Assembly: GCA_004764695.1 (NCBI GenBank)
Contig: SMSO01000037.1
Location: forward strand, 4,254,747 to 4,318,746
Length of the DNA stretch: 64,000 nt
Source of the DNA: Schizochytrium sp. TIO01
Lineage: Eukaryota; Protista; Bigyra: Labyrinthulomycetes
Direction: 5' to 3'
Of this stretch, positions 1 through 8,869 are shown one piece after another. Below the pieces are notes generated by a model, which ran no database searches, had not been told where the DNA came from, and saw only the letters and a list, made by a program, of their open reading frames with translations. The stretch's first letter is position 1. Every line of letters starts with the position of its first letter. The translations under genes were made by a program, and so were the position numbers.

Positions 1-2062
1 ACATTTACAGCAACACCTGTCAAGCCTATATGGCGCTTTTCTGAGCGCTGGCAATCTCTTGTAGACTGCATCGAAGCCAAGGCAAATCTTGTTAACTCCT
101 CGTCCGCAGATGCCATGAACGGCAGAAACCAAAAGAAAGATGGTGATATCGCTGATGGTCAGGGAGATGGAAAACGCTGCAGCACTTGCACAGGCTCAAG
201 AACCTTTCACAATCGCAGTAGTTGGTGCAGGTGCTGGTGGCGTGGAATTGGCCCTGGGAATGCAGCATCGCTTAGAGGGCATTGTACAGGACAAATTAAA
301 AGTCCAATTTGTGTTAATCAGTAACAAGAATGTCGTATGTCCTTCGCATAACAAAGGTGTTCAGAAGCGTTTTGCAAGAATCCTCAAAGAACGTGGCGTG
401 AATGTCATTTATGACTTTGAGGTTGTAGGCTTGGAAGAGAAGCGCCTTCGAGCCAAGGATGGACGTATCGTCAATGTTGACGAGTGTATTTGGTGCACAA
501 ACGCCAAGACGCAGGAGTGGATGGGCGCGTCAGGCCTGGCAGTAGACAAAGGCGGCTTTGTTCGAGTTAAACAAACCCTAGAGTCTGAGGATACACCAAA
601 TGTTTTTGCTGCAGGTGATTGCGCGAATATGCTCGAACACCCGCGCCCGAAAGCTGGCGTTTTTGCAGTACGTCAAGGCCCACCTCTTGCTGCTAACCTG
701 CGCCGAGCTATTCGTAATCTGAACCGCCGTTCATCTCAGGCTGCAGAGCCTTTGGAAGAATATATTCCTCAAAAGTCCTTTCTGGGCCTCATTAGCACAG
801 GCCGACCCTACTGTGTGGCGTCGCGTGGTGAAATGTCCATGGAGGGTAAGTGGCTATGGAAGATGAAGGACTACATTGATCGCAAGTGGATGGCTGGTTT
901 TACGACGGACCTCCCAGTTATGAACAGTGATCTAGAGAACCACAACAACGAAGACGGTCATGGATCCGAAGCGGATAGTCTTGAGACTTTAACTAAGGCT
1001 TCACTTATGCGATGTGGCGGATGCGGTGCAAAGGTTGGTAAGTCGGTCTTAGACCGTGTCATGCAGAACTTGAACCCACCTACTCGACCAGAGGTTCAAG
1101 TAGGACTTGATGCGCCTGACGATTGTGCTGTTGTACAGTTCGACAATACAAATCCGCGAGCACCTCGTGTTGTGCAGACTGTTGACTTTTTCCGTTCTTT
1201 CATTGACGACCCATTTGTATTTGGTCAGATCGCTGCTAATCATGCCCTAAGCGACTGCCATGCAATGTGCGCAGAAGCTGTCACCGCTATGGCAATCGCT
1301 GTTGTGCCATTTGCCGCAGAGCCTGTTGTTGAAGGTGTCCTCACCCAGCTCATGGCTGGTGCGTCTGTAGCTCTTGAGGAAAGCAAGTGTGCTCTGGTTG
1401 GGGGTCACTCATGTGAAGGAAAGGACCTTGCACTAGGCCTCTCTGTAAGTGGCGTCGTTGAGGCTGGGGATCAACTTCTCACGAAGGGCGGAGTCCAGGA
1501 TGGAGATGCGCTTGTTCTAACAAAGGCAATCGGCACCGGGACGATTTTTGCAGCAAACATGCGTGTCATGGCGAAAGGCAGCTGGGTCCAGAGCGCCATC
1601 AATAGTATGCTTGTTTCAAATAAAGAGGCAGCCATAACAGCCAGAGATCACGATGCAACTGCTTGTACTGACATCACTGGCTTTGGAGTCATGGGCCATC
1701 TTATTGAAATGATGCAAGCAAGTGATTCTGACCTTATTGCCAATGTGGAGGTTGACGAAATTCCCTATCTTGAAGGCGCCATCGAATGTGTGGAATCGGG
1801 GGTATTCTCTTCTTTGCAACCGCAGAACACTCGCTTAAGGCGCAGTGTTCTCAACCATTCTCAGGCGGCAGCTTCGTTTCCAGCAAAGTATCCCTTGCTC
1901 TACGACCCTCAAACCTCTGGAGGTTTGCTCATCAGCGTTCCTGCCGCACAAGCTGATGGTCTTGTAAAAGCTCTTCAAGAGAAAGGGTACTCCAAGTCTT
2001 CTATAATTGGCCACATCCAACGCGGCGACACGGAGGGTGGCCATCGTGTCAAAATCACTTAA
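1..2062 (+). CDS. selD: Selenide, water dikinase (selenophosphate synthetase) fused to an N-terminal FAD/NAD pyridine nucleotide-disulfide oxidoreductase domain; 5'-partial, with an apparent frameshift between ~119 and ~195
   Basis: Oxidoreductase motifs VVGAGAGGVE, VFAAGDC, PKAGVFAVRQGP and KDYIDRKWM. SelD motifs MRCGGCGAKV, DDCAV, QTVDFF, AANHALSD, LVGGHS, LTKAIGTG, TDITGFG and DPQTSGGLL. Frame +1 from base 1 reads TPVKPIWRFSERW, typical of this fusion family, while frame +2 has a stop at 116-118, so the CDS starts upstream of the window and changes frame. Confidence 0.93.
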
Positions 2063-2687
2063 TACAGGAACCAAATAATAATAATAATAATCTGCAAAGC
2101 TTAATCTTATATTGATAAGTGCATAAACTGCGGATTGCTAACTGGGTATATGCAGCACGAGCGAGGGTCAAGCTTACAGGTTGACCTGTTGTTATCTTTC
2201 GAAATTTCCTGGCTCGATTTCACTTGAACTTCTTAGCAAGAGGGGAGTAAAAGTAATTACGAATGAGCGCAATAAAGAAGATAAACGTTTGAAGAATGTA
2301 ACATGTGGTGGCATTAGTGTCTTCTTTCTCTGTTCCCTTTTTCTCATTCAAAAAAAAGTACAATTCAAAATCCGATATTTCAATCTAAGCGCGTTGCCTT
2401 CGAGAGCCGCATTTTACGTTGAATGAGAATGCTCAATTTGAGATACATCATCTCCCACAAGTAGACTACATGTTTGTGAATTTGAACTAAAAACATTAGA
2501 ATTGCAAAATGAAAATGTCCGCATTCGTCGATGAGATAGGTCAGACAGGAAAGTGAAAACATTATAAAAGAAGCAGGAAGGTACCATGGTAAAGTAAAAT
2601 TGAAGAATTGAGTAGAGATGGTAAGCATAATTTCTCAAAAAAAAAAAAAAAATCTCCTCAAAGCTCGACATGTTAGAGCTTAGCATA

Positions 2688-2957
2688 TTACGGGTTCGCC
2701 CAAGAGAGTTTGTGCTCCTCCACTACACGAATAAGAAAAGCGACTGGATCGCTTGGTTGCTCAACAACGATACGTTCATACAAATCTTGCAAAATTTTGT
2801 TGCAGCCACTAGATTTGACGTACGCCTGCATTGCATCAAGAGCTACCTGAGTCGCGTCCACAACCTTTCCTCCAGGTGCAGTAGCTAGGGCCGCCTCGAG
2901 AGCTGGGTTCGCAGGCTCCTTGCTCTCTTGAGTTTGTTTTACACTCGTGCTCATCAT
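2688..2957 (-). CDS. Small protein with a C-terminal Dpy-30/RIIa-like dimerisation-docking motif
   Basis: AYVKSSGCNKILQDLYERIVVEQPSDPVAFL fits the Y..x.I..LL.DL...xx.EQP.DP..FL pattern of the RIIa/Dpy-30 clan. ATG at 2957 or 2954. Confidence 0.7.
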   Translation of the reverse strand: MMSTSVKQTQESKEPANPALEAALATAPGGKVVDATQVALDAMQAYVKSSGCNKILQDLYERIVVEQPSDPVAFLIRVVEEHKLSWANP

Positions 2958-4097
2958 AATCCAGCCCAACTAAGTTGTTCAACTTGACGTTCCCGTATAT
3001 CCTCTGAATCTTTCTTATTTGCCAAAGGCTCTCTCTCGCGAACCTGCGGAATTTGCACAATGACGGGGTTCTTAGTCTCGTTCATCATCATATAGGTACC
3101 TTCTAGTACCTAGTTTATGCTCATAAGCAGTGCTTATGAGTACGTAGGTGATTACTACGTAATGCTATCGCAACATTTTGAAATCCGCAAACGGAACTAA
3201 AACTTTATAACTCCAGAACTACACCCTAGTGTTTTCTTAGTAAGCAGCAGGGGGTTATCATCAATCGCTGCAACCTTTTTGATAACCTTGTTGATGATTG
3301 GGATAGGCTCTATAAATGATTCATCACGGATGCTATGACCATCTGAAGGATTACTGACATCCCCGAATTACTACTACTTTTACTGCATGCTCCACATCTA
3401 GATAATGTACCTACGCACCTACCACGATATTGCTAATAATTTAGCTTTTTCATTTTTATAACTTATTTCCGAGTCGGCCTACTTTAATTTCTATTTTTTT
3501 TTTTAAATAAATTTTAATATTTTAAACCGGAGACGGACTGGCTGGGAATATACGAATAATAGAGACATCAAAACAGGCTAAATGTGAGGCGGCCCATATA
3601 CTTGGATTTTCCTTGTACTGCATATCCAGAAATAAAACAAGCTGCCCAAGAGTACCAAAGATGCCTGAGACTTTCAGTAAAAACTAGGTTCTAAAAGTCT
3701 GGAATTGTGATAGAAGGAGACTGTTTTGGCTTGCGTGTTTACCCTATTTTGTCGAGTTTTATTTTTTTAATTAAAATTATTTATTAATAATTTTATTTTA
3801 TTTTATAAATGAGTTGCCTCTAAAGATTTTTAAGTAGGTATTAGGTAGGTACCAAAGGTATAGGTAGGTACGAACCTTGCGCATTAAATCAACAAATCAA
3901 CTTCTTCAGGGCTTCAGGGACCTAGGTACTAGATTTTTCAACAGTGCAAAGGTCTGCTAGACTTAGGCACAGACGGAGGGGCAAAAGGGCGTGGGCAAAC
4001 ATACGTTTTCTTCAGCATACTCAAAGTTACAATCGATCGCTTGATTTTAAATTTAAAGTTATTTGCGAGGAAACGAGGAAAGTATTCCTAAAGCATC

Positions 4098-4739
4098 ATG
4101 GGTCATGGCTTGTCAACATTCGGCGACCAGGCTGCAGCCAGCTTTGTTGCCATAGTTCTTGGGTGCGCTGTTATGACTCCCGATCTGTTTGATTTGAAGA
4201 AACAGTTCGCGTTTTATGCCTCGTATCACACTGATCATCATAATCAGCTGGTTCACTTCGCGTGCATCTGGCCAATTTATTGGAGCACCATGGCAATTTT
4301 GCACAAGACTACACCATTTGCAGGTGTCAAAGAGGGTGAAGACCCAACTACGCTGCGCTGTAACTGGGCTACTGTTGCAACAGCAATTTATGCTGGCTAT
4401 TATCTTTTGATGGACCGCTCTGTCGGTGCGGTTGCAGCAGGAATTGCTGTCGGATGCTACTATACTGCAGGCAAGTGGGTAAAGAAAGATCCCCGTAACT
4501 TTAAGCGTGCTATCGGCATTAAAGTTGCTGCATGGATTGCTCAGTTCCTTAGCCACCGTTTTTGCGAGGGCCGAGCACCTGCTCTCTTGGATAACCTTTC
4601 ACAGGCTTTACTCATGGCGCCTCTATTTGTGGTTTTTGAAGGTGCGCAACAGCTCGGATTTCGACCTGAGTTTTTTGCTGAGGTTCAGGACTTAGTAAGC
4701 CAAAACCTTATTGACTTTCGCAAGGCACAACTACAATAG
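4098..4739 (+). CDS. Mpo1-like (DUF962) 2-hydroxy fatty acid dioxygenase, ER membrane protein
   Basis: DLKKQFAFYASYH...NQLVHFACIWPI, WIAQFLSHRFCEGRAPALLDNLSQALLMAPLFVVFE. Confidence 0.88.
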   Translation: MGHGLSTFGDQAAASFVAIVLGCAVMTPDLFDLKKQFAFYASYHTDHHNQLVHFACIWPIYWSTMAILHKTTPFAGVKEGEDPTTLRCNWATVATAIYAGYYLLMDRSVGAVAAGIAVGCYYTAGKWVKKDPRNFKRAIGIKVAAWIAQFLSHRFCEGRAPALLDNLSQALLMAPLFVVFEGAQQLGFRPEFFAEVQDLVSQNLIDFRKAQLQ

Positions 4740-4977
4740 GTCTGATTTCAGTATTGAAGTTGGCTAATTAACTAGCTAGCTTCCTTCATAGCTCCTGATT
4801 TTGCCTCATAAATTGAGAAGTATGTCGCGTTGCAATTTTTTCTTGAAGTCGTCTCCTGCTCTTGTTACTATGTAGGATCAATCAATCCATGAAACATTCT
4901 CTTTTTCAAAATCAATGGTCTCAATTATTATGTCCCTCAAAAGGCAGCTTCATGGAGCTATCTATAACATGGCTAAA

Positions 4978-6624
4978 TTACTTGTTATTTTCTGATGGTG
5001 TCTCCTGCTTTACCTCTTGATAAGGCCCTCCCTCTGCTTCACTTTCAATTATTTTCTTTGCTTCATCCTGTTCCTTAGTTTCACCATCACCAAAATCTAC
5101 ACCAACTTTCCTGGAGGATTTTCTTCTTTTGTTATTGTCAAGGAAAAAATCCCGTAAAGAACTGGAACTCAATGGCTGGTGAGCTAGCTTTACTTCTGTA
5201 CGTTCTTGGTCTCCCTGCTCGTGCTGCCTCTGCTGCGTACGGCCCTCTCGTTTCTCGGACTCTTCTTGTTCGGTCTCGTGCTCGGTCTCGCGCTCTGTCT
5301 CGTGCTCAGTTTCTTGTTCAGTTTCTTGTTCAGTTTCTTGTTCGTCCTCTGTAATATTTAAACTTCGAGCAGAGTGGTTTGCTTCATTAAGAAACTTGGC
5401 CGTAAGAGACTCCAAGTCTTCCGGCACCACCTCGGAATTGCGTCGACCTTTAGCGAAAGAAGCAATTACCATTGCTTTTACCTGAGCGCGTTTGATCTTT
5501 TGATCTAGCTCATGTCGCTTTTGCTGGGCGATCTTTGAGGCATAGAGAATCGAGCGAGGCTTGAACCATCGGTCTGACATGTGCATTATGTTGTCCATTA
5601 TGGCAGCTGTGTAAGCGCCTAGAGGAAGGTCATTCGGGTCATCATCGAATGGATTCTCCATTTGGCCCGCAAGTTTAGCCAGGCCGTTGAGTACACAGCT
5701 ACACACTGTGCAAATCAGGGCCACTGCAATCGGGGACCACCCTAAACTTAGCAAAGAAAATGGCAACGAGCCGAGAAATAAAAAGATCACAAGATCAAGA
5801 AAGACGCGATGCATATCAGGAATCGGTGTACTTTTAATGCGCAGACAGTTACCAAAACAGTCGTTGAGAAGCTGAATTTTAGGTTCCAGAACAAGGTTCA
5901 CCGTTGATGCATCAATCGTTCCGTCGTTCATCATCATAACCACGGTTCCAGACATGAGATCGAGAATCGCAAGAGGACGATCTTGGCCAGAGTGTTGCAA
6001 AACATATGATAAGTCAGCTTGACTCAAAATAAGCTTCAGCTCGAGCTGATCACACTCCGATTCATCACGAAGACAATTTTTCATTGCAATGGGAAAGGCC
6101 ATAGTGTACATTGCAAACGACATCGACGTTGATTTTTCGTGATTGTATGCCAAAACAGATCGTACCAAGTCACGACTCACAGTTGTAAGCCTACCCCATG
6201 CAGTTCTACCCTCCCACCAGCGTAGCATCCCTTCACGCTGTCGAAAAGCAACCATTAAACCAACGACCCAACCAAGAATATCTACGTAGCCCATAGACCC
6301 AAGTAGTGCAGCGCCTCCGCCAAGCTCAAAAACAGCAGCAAGAGCAATTCCAACATGATATAACGCAAATGCAGCTACTCGCTTTTGTGCAAATAAATGC
6401 AACACACCAGTAGCAGATAACATGAGTGATGGTTTCTGGTCACGAGCTTTCAAAATGCGCCTATCTACGTCAGAAATAGTATGCTTCGCAACGTCAAGTT
6501 CATGTGCGATTTTCACGGTATCGGCTCGATCAAGAATGGCTTGACCCATCGGAGAGACTGCAGAAGAGGCTGTTCGATATCGTTTTGCAGCCCCACGATT
6601 TCTATTATAGTTTGAGGACCGCAT
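4978..6624 (-). CDS. Bestrophin-like / UPF0187 (VCCN/YneE-type) anion channel with an acidic low-complexity C-tail
   Basis: MVAFR...RWWEGRTAWG, CLRIKSTPIP, FLGSLPF and QMENPFDDDPNDLPL motifs; several hydrophobic helices. Confidence 0.85.
   Translation of the reverse strand: MRSSNYNRNRGAAKRYRTASSAVSPMGQAILDRADTVKIAHELDVAKHTISDVDRRILKARDQKPSLMLSATGVLHLFAQKRVAAFALYHVGIALAAVFELGGGAALLGSMGYVDILGWVVGLMVAFRQREGMLRWWEGRTAWGRLTTVSRDLVRSVLAYNHEKSTSMSFAMYTMAFPIAMKNCLRDESECDQLELKLILSQADLSYVLQHSGQDRPLAILDLMSGTVVMMMNDGTIDASTVNLVLEPKIQLLNDCFGNCLRIKSTPIPDMHRVFLDLVIFLFLGSLPFSLLSLGWSPIAVALICTVCSCVLNGLAKLAGQMENPFDDDPNDLPLGAYTAAIMDNIMHMSDRWFKPRSILYASKIAQQKRHELDQKIKRAQVKAMVIASFAKGRRNSEVVPEDLESLTAKFLNEANHSARSLNITEDEQETEQETEQETEHETERETEHETEQEESEKREGRTQQRQHEQGDQERTEVKLAHQPLSSSSLRDFFLDNNKRRKSSRKVGVDFGDGETKEQDEAKKIIESEAEGGPYQEVKQETPSENNK
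5264..5343 (-). repeat. Coding 12-nt tandem repeat (~6.5 units) encoding (E[Q/H/R]ET)n
   Basis: tcagtttcttgt x3 and tcggtctcgtgc variants; protein EQETEQETEQETEHETERETEHETEQEE. Confidence 0.85.
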
Positions 6625-8795
6625 CTTTGCGGCCAGATAGAGCGAATGAACCTCAGTGATCGAAACTTAGATTCCTATGCAATTCAGTTTGAGTATAGGT
6701 TCAACTTTAATGCTTCGTGTGAATTCTTCTTTCCCTGGAAAAATAGGCAATTTGAGACAATTCAGTCTCCGTTTTGCAATGTCTTAATGTATTCTTGATT
6801 ATGCAGAAGGCGGCTTTAACAGCAGACTCTCACAAGAGTCCCTTTCTTACTGCCCCTTGAGGTATGAAGCTAATCCCACTGCTCTAGCCAGATCCTGTCT
6901 CCTCGTCCGTAAAATTTTCGCGCACGAGTTATACTGCAACAATCGCTCGCAGTTGCTTACGGCGAGTACTGTTCTACCTTATGTACATTTAGTTGAAAAA
7001 TAGAGCTGAGTTACAGTTGCTTAGGAGCTCTTGTTGCAGCAAGGTGACGTTACTGCTAGATTATTTCTTTGTTATATCAATCGGGCACACCTGTCTGAAC
7101 TTGTGGTGAGTTCTAATGTTTCAAAGTGTTCACGTTGACTACTTGTCGCGAGTACTGCCTTGCCTGCAAACCCTTTTGCACCTCAAACCTCAGTACTAGA
7201 AGGAATAGGACCGCTAGAATAGGATCGCTGTTTCAAAAAGCTATGAGTAGACTCAAATTCCTAGTTATAGCACTGTGTGAGTGTGTGTTTTGCCGAGGCA
7301 AAGCAGTGCTTGTACCTCCTTCTCACAATATTGATGATGCATCTGTTGAATAGTTTGAATAGCAAGGAGGGTTGAAGGTGGAAATACCTACTCTTATAAT
7401 TTCACCTGAAAGCAATGCTAGTACTAGGATAGTCTCGCAAACGGATCTATAACGAGGATATCATGAAAGATGAGGTTGGTGCGCAAACTTCACGTTCAGA
7501 AAAGCGTCAACATATTGAAGAAAATAAAGACCAAAATCATAGGAGAGACATAGGGGAAAGAAGAGAAAAGCAAGTAAGGAAAAAGAAGAAGAAATACAGA
7601 GATAGAAAGAGAAGGACCTAATCTCCAAATGCCAAACAGCGGAGAGGGATGCGAGGGCACAAACTATCTATGGGCCCCATTCATCCATCATCCATCCATC
7701 CCTAGCAGAAGAGAAGTGGGAGAGCTAGATAGGACAGAAATGGCGAGCAGGTTATTTGTTTGCTTGAGCACTGCAGGTACGTCAAAGAATCAGACAGACT
7801 CTCTTTCTTTCATTTGTTTGAGTCATGCCATGCACGAAAGGCAGGAAAGACAAATCGTTTGATGAATAAATACAAAAAGTTAGACTTCTAGTTTATTGAG
7901 ACGGAGAAAAGCAGCTTTCAGGACAACCCTTGCCGGGGTGCAGCCTCAAGTACAGGGCTGGATCTAGGTCATGGCTGCAACAAAAACACGGCAGGCTCTG
8001 TGCAGATCCATATGCGGACGGTGTGCAATAGATTACTGTCTCATTTTTCTATGAGGCCCAGCTAAAGGGCGAGTCCTGAGGACATCTGTGAGCGTTGGAT
8101 TCCCTATTTTCGTGACTTTTTCTTTTGTTTACACCTTCTTCTTTCTGTCAATATACTTAGTCACAAGTCTTCACTTTGGCTTTTTATGCGGACATGAACA
8201 GGAGAAGCGAGTCCAGAGAGGCGCACCTCAAACCCAGGGTGACGTAAGTCTCCCGAACAGTGACACTAGTCGTATTCTTTAATGAGAAGAATACGTCTGG
8301 ACCAGAGGCTAGGTCCAAAATCGAAGACTATAGAGGGTTGTCAAACTCAAAAGAAGGAGCCACGAGAAGGCGTCTATCGCGAGCCGTATGTTCTACTGGG
8401 GATTTACTAAACTAGGCTGGAGCATCATGTTCTAAAAGTCGCCTTTCGGACTCGAAAATGATGACTTTAATCTATTTTATACCGTCTGGGTTGCTGTTTT
8501 TAAAAACAGCAGCCTTCTTATTCAACGCCATGGATCAGAAGGGGCCGTACTTCGTCGGACACACAAATAAAAAATATATTTGCAAAGTATCTAGCTGTTA
8601 GCTCCCTCAGCAAGATTTCCTGATCCCAGGGTTCAATGAACTAACGCACGCATAGTTTGATAATTCTTCGTGTATACAGACATGAAATCATGATAGACAC
8701 AAACAATCCATACAATGGCTTTGATACAGCCAGTCTGGAGAAGGGAAATAATGACAAGTCTATTATCGTTTTACTTAGTTTCAAAAGTTTGGCTA

Positions 8796-8865
8796 GGTCT
8801 CTCCCGAGCATGGGCTAGGAGATTAAAGTGGGTCTCTCCCGAGCATGGGCTAGGAGATTAAAGTG
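8796..8865. repeat. Perfect 35-bp tandem duplication just 3' of the PEMT-fusion stop codon
   Basis: ggtctctcccgagcatgggctaggagattaaagtg at 8796-8830 and again at 8831-8865. Confidence 0.95.
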
Positions 8866-8869
8866 GTTT

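Noticed and set aside
1000-2400. Selenocysteine in SelD or a SECIS element in its 3' UTR
   Set aside because: The catalytic codon is TGT (Cys). The ggtcaa/ttgacc hairpin near 2165-2187 lacks the AUGA/GA quartet.
3835-3871. Interstitial telomeric repeats
   Set aside because: The TAGG units are short and irregular, not a tandem telomere array.
8796-8866. CRISPR-like 35-bp repeat
   Set aside because: Only two directly adjacent copies, no spacer, no cas genes, eukaryotic context.
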